Positions 36,610-44,311 of a DNA stretch of 44,311 bases are shown one piece after another. Both the position numbers and the translations under genes were made by a program. The notes below the pieces were generated by a model. It did not search any database. It had not been told where the DNA came from and saw only the letters and a list, made by a program, of their open reading frames with translations. This DNA is from an uncultured Alphaproteobacteria bacterium (GTDB lineage Bacteria > Pseudomonadota > Alphaproteobacteria > Rhizobiales > Xanthobacteraceae): the NCBI GenBank assembly GCA_965652015.1, contig CBFGVM010000001.1, forward strand, positions 1 through 44,311, written 5' to 3'. Every line of letters begins with the position of its first letter. The stretch's first letter is position 1.

Positions 36610-38757
36610 CTAACTCGACCATTCCGGGTCACTAATCCGATCATTGGATGGGTGGTAGCGGGCGAACACAACTTTAGCCGCCTGTTGCAGCATCCCGCCG
36701 CCGATGGCGCTGAGGTGGGTAAGGCCCGCCTCCAGCATACCCTGGTCGAGCGCCTTGCGTGCGGCCGCGAACTCGGCGAGCCCAGGGTCATCCGCTGGCA
36801 CCGAGGCATAGATTGAGCGCGCCCCTGCAAAGCCCTTGAGATCGACATCGTCGATTCGAAGCAGAACGTTGTTTCCCAGCACGCCTGTCTTCGCCGATTG
36901 CATGATCATTTCCGCAGTGGAAGCGGCAATCAGTAATGGAAGGCCATAGAGATCCGGCACTTTTTCGAGGCGAAACGTCTCGTTGACCGCCGGGCCGATA
37001 ATCGTGAAGTTGCTGCGGTGCGCCGCGCCGAGGTCGCCGACATAGACCTTGCCTGAGCACACGACCGCGCGCGCAGCCAGACGGCTCTTGTCCGACAGTT
37101 GGGCGGAATTCACGGTCTTGATGATTTCCTGCGCGGCCGCCAGCGCCTTGATGGCGTGGTCCGGCTCATCGGAAAGCCCGTTCCAGAACGCCAGGACTGC
37201 ATCCCCGAGGAACTTATCGCTGCAGCCCTCGTGCTGGTCGATGACCGACTGCATCAACGTGAAGTACCGGTTGGCCACTCCAACAATTTCCGACGCGGTA
37301 AGATCGGGCCTGTTCGAGAAGGAAGTAAATCCCACGATATCAGCCAACAGAATCGAGACTTCTCGCTCTTGACCCTCGCCCTGATCGGCGAATCCGCTGC
37401 GCGCCAACGTCACTAGCCGCGCCGGCGGCAGGTAACGCCCTGCGGTGCGGAAGAGCCTCCTGAACAAGGCGCGGTGGCGGACCGATCGAACGCCGAGAAT
37501 GGTTCCGTATGCGATAATGGTGACTAGGATTGGGTATCCCATCGGCAGCCACAGATCCGCAAATGCAAACGCGGCAGCACTGAACGAGCAGCCGACAAAC
37601 GTTGGCCCCACAAGTCCGAAAGCGATCGCCCGCGACAGCTGCACCAGGACGAGAGAGCCCGGTGAAACGTCGCGTTCGCCCAGGGCAAGGGCGCTCTCAT
37701 CGCGAAAGGCCAGCATCGCGAAAAGAAAGGCCAAGCAGGCACCCGCGACGAGTCGCAGCCATGGCGGCGCCAGAGTTACCCGCTGTTCGCTGGCCGCGGA
37801 TTGGATCGCCGCGATCTGCAGCAGCACTCCTGGGACTTGCTCGACCCGCGAGCGTTCGAACAAGCCGCGTTGCGGCGCACAGCGCTCGCTCGACGGAGCG
37901 TGCTCGGCCCGACTCAGAAACCGCGCCGGCCCGCGGTGCTCGTCTTCGCCGACCACCGCGGTCCCCACGACCACGATCCGCCCTGCGACCGCGTTTCGAA
38001 CCTGATCGGCGCCATCCTTCGATGCGAGGCAAGCCAGCAACGTCTCCAGGCTGTACGTGGGTGTATCGGTTAGCGGGCCAGCCGGGGCGATCAAAATGCG
38101 TTCGCCGGCGGCCGCTTGGCGCACGCCCCATCCGGCGCCAAGGGCGGCAAAGCCCAAGGCAATGCGCCCATCCGGAAGACGAACGAGAGGAGCGGTGCTT
38201 CGCACCCTTCCATCCGACTCGACCTGGAGGTCGAGCACGCCGACCCGCGATGGTCCCACCGCCTCGAGGAAAGCCGCTGCAGGTGGAACGCTGGGGAACC
38301 GCGCCAGAACAATCCTATCGCGTCCGCGTTGCAGAACGTCGATTAGGCTGCGATCGTAGCCGGGCAAAGTGAACGAGCCGACTTTGAAATCCGCACCGGC
38401 ATACGCAAACACCAGGTCGAAGGCGACCCGGCGCGCTCCGGCATCGAGCAGCCCGTCGATCAGACGAGCCCAAATCGGTTGGAAGAGCGCTCGTGGGAGC
38501 GCGGCGAGCTCGGAGCTTGCGAGCGACGCATCGTCGACGGCGACGAGGACGATCGGTGCGGCGGGAAGATGCCGCCGCCAAGGCTCGGATGTCCTCAGTG
38601 TGAGGTCGTAAAGCAGCCCGTTCGGGCCGCCGAGCGCTGGGAAACCACCCTTATAGTCGCTGACATAACCGGCGAGTCCGCCTGCCACCACGCACAGAGC
38701 CGTGATCAGGCTTACGAGGGGTCTCCAGTTTCGAATGCTCCAGTCGCCGAGATCCAC
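36610..38757 (-). CDS. CHASE2 sensor domain + TM + class III adenylate/guanylate cyclase
   Basis: 715 aa with a GTG start. It has an N-terminal TM, then a CHASE2-like periplasmic region (PIVLVAVDDASL...ALFQPIWARLIDGLLDAGARRVAFDLVF). TM helices follow, then the cyclase core VSILLADIVGFTSFS...DKFLGDAVLAFW...FTIIGPAVNETFRLE with metal Asp residues and the Asn/Arg pair present. Confidence 0.9.
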   Translation of the reverse strand: MDLGDWSIRNWRPLVSLITALCVVAGGLAGYVSDYKGGFPALGGPNGLLYDLTLRTSEPWRRHLPAAPIVLVAVDDASLASSELAALPRALFQPIWARLIDGLLDAGARRVAFDLVFAYAGADFKVGSFTLPGYDRSLIDVLQRGRDRIVLARFPSVPPAAAFLEAVGPSRVGVLDLQVESDGRVRSTAPLVRLPDGRIALGFAALGAGWGVRQAAAGERILIAPAGPLTDTPTYSLETLLACLASKDGADQVRNAVAGRIVVVGTAVVGEDEHRGPARFLSRAEHAPSSERCAPQRGLFERSRVEQVPGVLLQIAAIQSAASEQRVTLAPPWLRLVAGACLAFLFAMLAFRDESALALGERDVSPGSLVLVQLSRAIAFGLVGPTFVGCSFSAAAFAFADLWLPMGYPILVTIIAYGTILGVRSVRHRALFRRLFRTAGRYLPPARLVTLARSGFADQGEGQEREVSILLADIVGFTSFSNRPDLTASEIVGVANRYFTLMQSVIDQHEGCSDKFLGDAVLAFWNGLSDEPDHAIKALAAAQEIIKTVNSAQLSDKSRLAARAVVCSGKVYVGDLGAAHRSNFTIIGPAVNETFRLEKVPDLYGLPLLIAASTAEMIMQSAKTGVLGNNVLLRIDDVDLKGFAGARSIYASVPADDPGLAEFAAARKALDQGMLEAGLTHLSAIGGGMLQQAAKVVFARYHPSNDRISDPEWSS

Positions 38758-38796
38758 GAGGTCGACCTAGTTCGCGACGCCGTCGGCCGCCGGTGG

Positions 38797-40290
38797 TCAG
38801 CGTATTCCGTAGCGCTCGAATTCGTCGGCGATGTTGGACTGGATGAGTTTCGCAGCTGCAATGTCACCGTTGCCTGCGACGCTGTTCCCGATCCGCAACT
38901 TGGCTATTCCGCGTCCATAGAGCGCCGACGCATGTTTCGGGTTGATGCGCAGCGCTGCGTCGTAGTCCGCAATCGCCCTGCTCGCCTGCCCCATCTTCAG
39001 GTTAACGAAGCCGCGACTGTCGAGAGCGTCGACGTAACTCGGGCGCAGCGCCAACGCGCTGTCGCAATCTTTCAGTGCCGACTGCACCTCCCCGATCATG
39101 GCGTTCGCCCAGCACCGGTTGTTCAGTGCTTCGGCGTCCTTGGGATTGAGCCGAATAACGGCGTCGAAATCCTTGACGGCACTGGCGAAGTCCTCGTGTT
39201 GGGCATAGAGCTGACCGCGCTTATAGTAGGTGGCGACATCATTGGGGTTGCGCCGAATCTTGTCGTCGAGCTCTTTGATCGCGGGGTCGTCGATGCGCGC
39301 AACCGGGGAGGGCGCAGGTGTCAGCTTTGCGATCTGCTCACGCGCCCGGTCGGCATGACGCCCGGTAGGATACCTCAAAAGGAAATCCTCCCATGCCTTT
39401 TTGGTCCCGGTGCGTTCCGCGGATTGGTAGGCGGCCCGCGCGTCGGCCTCCAGATCGGGCGGCGGCAGCGGCACCGCTGTCTTCTTCTCCGGCTCGACGG
39501 CGGTCGAAGTGGATGCCGATGACGGCCGTCCAGACGATGTGAACGAGATTACCTCAACGAGCGAGGAGGAGAACCACGGGACCTGCTCGCCCTGGGATGC
39601 CCGCGAAACGCCGATCAGCGTGCGGTTGAAGGCCTCCTCGATCCTGCCCGTACCTCGAATCTCTTTGATCAATTCGCTCACGAAGACCTGCCGATCGCCG
39701 TCCCTGACCACGGCGCCGGGGGCGGCCGCGTACATCACGACCGTGCCCTTCGGCACGCTGACCGGGGCCAGCCCACCGGCGACGGAGCGGAAGCGGCGCT
39801 CGAATGGGTTTCTCCGCGAAGCGTCGAGAATGGCAATCTTGACGCGGGCGCCCCTGGTGTTCATCTCGGCGAGGACCGAATCGAGACTGTATCCGTCGCG
39901 GCGCACGTCAGGTTCAGACCAGATCTGCGCATTGACCGGGATCATGTAGGTCTGCCGATCGGACTGAATGCCATAGCCGCTGAAAAAAAAGAGCGCCGTC
40001 GACCCGGGCTTGATCTTGCCGTAGAAGCGGTCGAGCGTCGCGCGCATTGCTTCTTTGGTGAGATTCTCGCTGGTGTCGACCTCGAATCCGTGTCGCCGCA
40101 ATTCCTCAGCCAAGGCGCGGGCGTTGTTGACCGGGTCTTTCAGCGCCGCTTCCGCGTCTGGATAGGCAGCATTGCCGATGACCACCGCGACCCGTGCTTC
40201 GTTTTGCTGTGCACAAACCGGGTGAATGCTGGTCCCGGCAAGGAACGTGAAGAGCACCGGAACAATAAGGCGAGAGGTCGAGTGCGCCAT
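38797..40290 (-). CDS. secreted peptidase-C14 (caspase)-like domain with mutated catalytic dyad, fused to C-terminal TPR repeats (predicted pseudo-protease)
   Basis: I prefer ATG 40290 (MAHSTSRLIVPVLFTFLAGTSIHPVCAQQ). The caspase-fold core is RVAVVIGNAAYPD...ALFFFSGYGIQSD...KIAILDASRRNPF. Tyr (codon 39973..39975) sits where the catalytic His belongs, and Ser (39817..39819) where the catalytic Cys belongs. The C-terminus has about 4 TPRs (YYKRGQLYAQHEDFASAVKDFDAVIRLNP...). Confidence 0.85.
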   Translation of the reverse strand: MAHSTSRLIVPVLFTFLAGTSIHPVCAQQNEARVAVVIGNAAYPDAEAALKDPVNNARALAEELRRHGFEVDTSENLTKEAMRATLDRFYGKIKPGSTALFFFSGYGIQSDRQTYMIPVNAQIWSEPDVRRDGYSLDSVLAEMNTRGARVKIAILDASRRNPFERRFRSVAGGLAPVSVPKGTVVMYAAAPGAVVRDGDRQVFVSELIKEIRGTGRIEEAFNRTLIGVSRASQGEQVPWFSSSLVEVISFTSSGRPSSASTSTAVEPEKKTAVPLPPPDLEADARAAYQSAERTGTKKAWEDFLLRYPTGRHADRAREQIAKLTPAPSPVARIDDPAIKELDDKIRRNPNDVATYYKRGQLYAQHEDFASAVKDFDAVIRLNPKDAEALNNRCWANAMIGEVQSALKDCDSALALRPSYVDALDSRGFVNLKMGQASRAIADYDAALRINPKHASALYGRGIAKLRIGNSVAGNGDIAAAKLIQSNIADEFERYGIR

Positions 40291-40871
40291 GGCGTGTGTC
40301 CTGGTCTTACGCGGAGCCGGTTCGCAAGCCGCGATCAACCGCCTGTGCCAGGGGCGTTCGATCCGGCGCGCTTGCTACAATCGCACGGGGCGAGTTCGCG
40401 CGCATCGCGGTTCTCGCCAGCAGCGTGCAAGCCGCTGATCTCCATCAAGAAGTGCGGCAAAGCTTAATGGTTCAGCCGCGTTCGGGCAATTGTCCCAGGT
40501 CACACTGTCGCGGATTTGTATGACAAGACCGCGTGCGACGCTCGCGCGGCTTGCCACTCCCGGGCGATCGATTGCCCATCGTCTGGTGGCGGGCTGGCGC
40601 AGCCATCTCGCGACGCGCTCGGGTGGGCCAACGCGTCGCGGCTCGGCGCACCTTTGCCTGTATTACGATGTCGCGCCTCAACCTCCGCCGACTCCCGCGA
40701 GTGGCGGGCAGAGAACGGAGAGGGAACGCGACGCGAATCGCGCTTTTTGTGACCTAGATCACGGTAACTTGGGTATATGGGGTATAGGGTTCTCACATCC
40801 GGTTCGGCTCGTCCGGTACCTCGACTTAAACGGGAAGCGGGCCGAGTGCGCCTAAGAAGAGGGAGACAAGA

Positions 40872-41507
40872 ATGTCCGCGCATCACAAGACGCATAAGCT
40901 TAATCTAGTCTGCATGATCCTGGCCGTTGGCCTTGCCTTGCCCTCGGGACTCGGTGTGGCCCTCGCCGCAGAGGAACGCTCGGCGGATGACATCATCAAG
41001 GCGTTAAAGCCCCAGAGAATCACCCGCGGCCTCACGACGTCCCCGGCCGATGCAGCCCGCAACGCGCAGGAGACGAAGTTCGTAAACAGCTTGCGCAACC
41101 GGCCGACACGTTCCCTGACGTTCACCGAGCGGGAGCAGATCACATCGATCGCTAAGAAGCGGCCGAGCATCGATCTCGAAGTGAACTTCGATTACAATTC
41201 GGACAACATCGGCTCAAAGGCCGCTCCGCAGGTCACCGCTCTCGGCGACGCCCTGGCGAGTCCCGACTTGAAGGGCAGCACTTTCATTCTTGCCGGCCAC
41301 ACCGACGCCAAAGGCAGCGAAACCTACAATCAGGGACTGTCCGAGCGCCGTGCCGAGGCGGTCAAGCGGTTCCTCGCGGAAAAATATGGAATCGAGGCCA
41401 GCAACCTGGTGACCGTCGGCTACGGCAAGACCCAGCTGAAGAATCCAACTGGACCGTTCGCGAGCGAAAATCGCCGGGTCCAGGTCATCAATGCCGCCGA
41501 CAAGTAG
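40872..41507 (+). CDS. OmpA-family peptidoglycan-binding protein (secreted)
   Basis: 211 aa with RBS GGGAG and signal peptide ...LGVALA/AEE. It carries an OmpA C-terminal domain (NFDYNSDNI...FILAGHTDAKGSETYNQGLSERRAEAVKRFL...VGYGKTQL). Confidence 0.85.
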   Translation: MSAHHKTHKLNLVCMILAVGLALPSGLGVALAAEERSADDIIKALKPQRITRGLTTSPADAARNAQETKFVNSLRNRPTRSLTFTEREQITSIAKKRPSIDLEVNFDYNSDNIGSKAAPQVTALGDALASPDLKGSTFILAGHTDAKGSETYNQGLSERRAEAVKRFLAEKYGIEASNLVTVGYGKTQLKNPTGPFASENRRVQVINAADK

Positions 41508-41603
41508 GCGGCTCGCCAGGCGGCGGCTCAGCGAATGAACCGTACGCCTGGCAACCCCGTCTAATTAACAAGGAATGGCGGGTTTCACCTCGGGAGATCA
41601 ACT

Positions 41604-42308
41604 ATGGAACCCCGGTCCACCGAATATCGCAGGTGCAGAGGAACGGCCTCGAGCGTTGTGGGATCGGTGGCGGCCATGCTGCTGCTCGCGGCCGTCGACG
41701 GGACGGCTGCACCTGCGTTGGCACAGCAAGCCACAGCGGATGTCGCCTATGTGGAGGACGTGAACGGTCGCGTGGTCGCGTTCGCTCAGGGTAAGCCAAT
41801 TCTGCTCAACCCTCTTGATACCATCAGCGATCGCACGCGGCTGGATCTGCAGGCAAACAGCGAATTGCGCATCTGTCACTATCCGACGCGCCAGTTTCTC
41901 ACGTTGAAGGGACCCTTGACCGCCTCGATTTCCCGGGACGGGGTTACGGCTGACAATAACAAGACTGCCGTTGCCGCAACGGGGCCGTGCGTCGCGCCCG
42001 TGGTGTCGACCGTCCAAGGCGGCCTGATTTCGCGCGGCGCCGGCACCGCCGTGAAGAGCGTTTCTCTGCAACCGAATATCAGGGTCGTCAATCGCGGCGC
42101 ACAGCCGATCCGCCAGGCTGTATTGTGGGACGGCGATGCCAGAAACATTCTGATGCGCTTGGAGCGAGACGCGGCGCGGCCGACGCTCCAGGACGGCCAG
42201 TTCTATGTTCTGGTCGTCGAGCGCGGCGATGGCAGCGAGTTCAAGATGACGCTCCAGGCAAGGGCGGATACAACAGGCGACGATCCGGTCATCGTCGTGG
42301 TTCCGTAA
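41604..42308 (+). CDS. secreted protein of unknown function; the N-terminal domain is paralogous to 5707..6126, with about 95 extra C-terminal residues
   Basis: 234 aa with GGGAG 7 nt before the ATG and signal-like segment VAAMLLLAAVDGTAAPALAQQ. See the alignment noted for 5707..6126. Confidence 0.7.
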   Translation: MEPRSTEYRRCRGTASSVVGSVAAMLLLAAVDGTAAPALAQQATADVAYVEDVNGRVVAFAQGKPILLNPLDTISDRTRLDLQANSELRICHYPTRQFLTLKGPLTASISRDGVTADNNKTAVAATGPCVAPVVSTVQGGLISRGAGTAVKSVSLQPNIRVVNRGAQPIRQAVLWDGDARNILMRLERDAARPTLQDGQFYVLVVERGDGSEFKMTLQARADTTGDDPVIVVVP

Positions 42309-42417
42309 ACGGGTTGGCGCCTCGCACACTCGGTCACTTGGGCGGGTCCGCCCGTAGATTGTTGGACCTTACCTCCAATGGCATAGGTAGCTATTGGGGG
42401 GAGAGAAAGGGAATGTC

Positions 42418-44229
42418 ATGTGGCGACATTGGCTCGGCATCCTCGCGGCCGTCTTGCTGATATCTGAAAGCGCCTTTGCGCAGAGCCGACTTGCACTTGT
42501 CATCGGAAATTCGAACTACCAGAGCGCGGTACGGCTAGCGAATCCGCTGAACGATGCGAAAGCTGTTGCCGAGGCTCTCGGCGCCGCTGGATTCGAAGTG
42601 ACGACGGCATCGGACCTCAGCCAGGCGGAGATGCGCCGCACTGTTCGCGATTTTTCGGCCCGCATCGCGGAAAAAGGCCCCGATGCGACCGCCCTCGTCT
42701 TCTACGCCGGCCATGGCGTGCAGGTCGACGGTGAGAACTTTCTGATCCCGGTCGATGCACGCATTCAACGCGAGTCGGACGTCGCGATCGAAGCGCTGCG
42801 CCTCGCCGACATTGTGAAGGCGCTCGAGACGGTTCAGAGCCGAACGCGAATTGTCATGCTTGATGCGTGCCGCAACAATCCTTTCTCGAGCGTCGGCGCA
42901 AGCGGACGGGGTCTGGCCATTGTTGACGCCCCCACAGGGTCGATTGTCGGCTATTCGACCGCCCCGGGCACCGAGGCCGAGGACGGCACGGGGCAAAATA
43001 GTCCGTATACTTCGGCGCTCCTGAAGGTCATCCGGGAACCGGGTCTTCCAATCGAGCAGGCGTTAAAGCGCGTGCGGCTGCTGGTACATGAAGCGACCGA
43101 CGGCCGGCAGACACCATGGGAAAGCTCATCCCTCATCAGCGACTTCGCATTTTACCCCGACGGCACGCCGACGAGCGCTAGCCCACCGTTGCCTCAAGTC
43201 GCACAACGGGATGCGCGTCCGGGAGACGTACAGACGCGGGATGCACAGCCGCGCGATACGCAGTCGCGGGAGGGGCAGTCGCGGGAGAGGCAGTCGCGGG
43301 ATGGCGAGTCGCGGACAACCCCTCGAAGTGTCGCATGGCGGGAACAGATCCGAAGCCGCCCGCAACCGCGCCAAGCCTATGACGTCGTCGTCATGGAGGA
43401 TTCCGTCGATGCCTACGAAGAATTCCTTCTTCTCTATCCGTACGATCCGCTTGCCGAACGAATCCGTTACCTGCTGAGCCTACGCTCACAAGCGCTCGCC
43501 TGGCGCTACGCGGTTCTGGCCAATACTCCGGATTCGTATAGTTACTACCTGAACAGCTATCCCGGCGGCTATTACGCCGCTCAGGCGATGCGGCTGCGGG
43601 AACAACCGCGGATACGGCCGGTGGACTCGGTGATGGCGCCTCGCGTCATCGAGCCGCCGCGGGCGCTCCGAGTAAGCTTGCCTTCGTCGCAGGGGGGCGA
43701 CTCGAAAGGGGGCAACTCACCAAGCGGCGGGAAACAAGGCATGCCTCCTGGAGGGTCGGCAACCACGGGCTTGCCGCCGAAGACCGATCAAAAGACAGGG
43801 AACAAGACCGACCAGAAGATGGGAGAGCGGACTGATCAGAAGAAGACCGATCAGAAGTTGGGAGACAAAACCGATCATAAGTTGGGAGACAAAACCGATC
43901 ATAAGTTGGGAGACAAAACTGATCAGAAGACCGGAGAGAAGATAGATCGGAAGACTCGAGAGAAGATTGATCGCAAGATCGCAGAGAAGACTGACCACAA
44001 GATAGATCGACGGTCTGCTCGTGCGACCACTACCGGCGTAAAAACGGCCGTCGAAAAGTTCTCGAAGTCCGAGAGCCGCCGCAACTCCTTTGCAAGTGCG
44101 CCGCAGGCGGCAAAAGCCAGCGCCTTCAAGAACTCCGGGTCATCGTTCTCCCGCTCCATGTCGCAGTCCTCCTTCCGCTCCTCGTCTGGTGGGGGCGGCG
44201 GTGGCGGCCACGGGGGTGGAGTCGGCTGA
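42418..44229 (+). CDS. secreted peptidase-C14 (caspase) family protein with intact dyad and a repeat-rich low-complexity C-terminal tail
   Basis: I prefer ATG 42418 (RBS GAGAGAAAGGGA; MWRHWLGILAAVLLISESAFAQ). Core: RLALVIGNSNYQS...ALVFYAGHGVQVDGENFLIPVDA (His codon 42712..42714) and RIVMLDACRNNPF (Cys codon 42868..42870). Pentapeptide and octapeptide repeat arrays and a Gly run follow. Confidence 0.85.
   Translation: MWRHWLGILAAVLLISESAFAQSRLALVIGNSNYQSAVRLANPLNDAKAVAEALGAAGFEVTTASDLSQAEMRRTVRDFSARIAEKGPDATALVFYAGHGVQVDGENFLIPVDARIQRESDVAIEALRLADIVKALETVQSRTRIVMLDACRNNPFSSVGASGRGLAIVDAPTGSIVGYSTAPGTEAEDGTGQNSPYTSALLKVIREPGLPIEQALKRVRLLVHEATDGRQTPWESSSLISDFAFYPDGTPTSASPPLPQVAQRDARPGDVQTRDAQPRDTQSREGQSRERQSRDGESRTTPRSVAWREQIRSRPQPRQAYDVVVMEDSVDAYEEFLLLYPYDPLAERIRYLLSLRSQALAWRYAVLANTPDSYSYYLNSYPGGYYAAQAMRLREQPRIRPVDSVMAPRVIEPPRALRVSLPSSQGGDSKGGNSPSGGKQGMPPGGSATTGLPPKTDQKTGNKTDQKMGERTDQKKTDQKLGDKTDHKLGDKTDHKLGDKTDQKTGEKIDRKTREKIDRKIAEKTDHKIDRRSARATTTGVKTAVEKFSKSESRRNSFASAPQAAKASAFKNSGSSFSRSMSQSSFRSSSGGGGGGGHGGGVG
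43231..43314 (+). repeat. 15-bp in-frame tandem repeat (about 5.5 copies) encoding Q-[STP]-R-[DE]-x pentapeptides
   Basis: cagacgcgggatgca / cagccgcgcgatacg / cagtcgcgggagggg / cagtcgcgggagagg / cagtcgcgggatggc / gagtcgcgg; protein QTRDAQPRDTQSREGQSRERQSRDGESR. Confidence 0.7.
43780..44010 (+). repeat. 24-bp in-frame tandem repeat (about 9.5 copies) encoding K-T-D-[QH]-K-x-G-[DEN] octapeptides
   Basis: Units start at 43780, 43804, (short unit 43828), 43843, 43867, 43891, 43915, 43939, 43963 and 43987. The units at 43867-43890 and 43891-43914 are identical (aaaaccgatcataagttgggagac). Protein: KTDQKTGNKTDQKMGERTDQKKTDQKLGDKTDHKLGDKTDHKLGDKTDQKTGEKIDRKTREKIDRKIAEKTDHKIDR. Confidence 0.8.
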
Positions 44230-44311
44230 GGCGGCGGTGGCGTTGGCGGCGGTGGTGGCGGTGTCGGTGGTCGCCGCTGAGTGTGCGGCATCGCATTGCA
44301 CAGTTCCTGAG

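Noticed and set aside
40728-40748. Terminator-like gcgacgcgaatcgcgcttttt in that intergenic region
   Set aside because: Only a 4-bp CGCG/CGCG stem with a 3-nt loop can form, which is too weak to call despite the T5 run.
40291-40871. Several 60-130-aa ORFs on both strands in the 580-bp divergent intergenic region (for example 40490..40855 and 40500..40895)
   Set aside because: They overlap one another, have no RBS or motif, and have skewed composition. The region is more likely promoter or regulatory DNA for the two divergent operons. An sRNA cannot be excluded.
43780-44010. Regular 24-bp repeats considered as a possible CRISPR-like array
   Set aside because: The units are contiguous with no spacers, lie in frame within a CDS, and encode a periodic octapeptide. 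This is a coding tandem repeat, not CRISPR.
43923-44291. 122-aa minus-strand ORF with a poly-proline N-terminus (PPTPPPPPPTPPPPQPTPPPWPPPPPPP)
   Set aside because: It is the antisense image of the Gly run and tail of the caspase gene, and it ends inside that gene. No independent support exists. I kept only the note about the in-frame TGA.
1-44311. Search for mobile-element hallmarks (transposase, integrase, tRNA-flanked island, long terminal inverted repeats) around the PKS cluster and the caspase island
   Set aside because: I could recognise none by eye. I therefore make no claim that either block is a mobile island. A computed GC-skew or k-mer profile would be needed to test for foreign origin.

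Overview
High-GC window that looks like alphaproteobacterial (Bradyrhizobiaceae-like) chromosome; the taxon is inferred only from protein style. I support about 24 CDSs. I saw no rRNA, tRNA, CRISPR array, transposase or integrase. Layout, left to right: (1) a minus-strand envelope operon: small secreted protein, thioester (CSEQ) alpha-2-macroglobulin, then pbpC, which is cut by the left edge. (2) A small Cys-rich secreted protein and a cNMP-binding-domain::DASS permease fusion. (3) An RND efflux operon in the unusual order permease, adaptor, adaptor, with no outer-membrane factor gene. (4) An ABC1/UbiB-type kinase and two small coupled hypothetical genes. (5) A compact orphan biosynthetic cluster at about 17.7-32.0 kb. 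It holds one stand-alone highly reducing type I PKS (KS-AT-DH-cMT-ER-KR-ACP, no release domain), translationally coupled to a class-III aminotransferase fused to a cyanobacterial acyl-ACP-reductase (AAR)-like domain. It also holds a divergent pair of FemAB/BioF2-like GNAT paralogs and an FAD monooxygenase. The predicted chemistry is reductive release to an aldehyde, transamination to a methyl-branched alkylamine, then N-acylation. (6) An envelope-targeted caspase-fold island at about 32.3-44.2 kb: secreted TPR-CHAT protein, beta-barrel OMP, CHASE2-class III cyclase, a catalytically dead C14 caspase-TPR protein (His->Tyr, Cys->Ser), an OmpA-like protein, a small secreted protein paralogous to the one upstream of the A2M gene, and an intact C14 caspase with a repeat-rich tail. 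Blocks (5) and (6) are the candidates for undescribed systems. All calls come from reading the supplied translations and the DNA by eye. Domain boundaries are approximate. No database search or folding calculation was possible.
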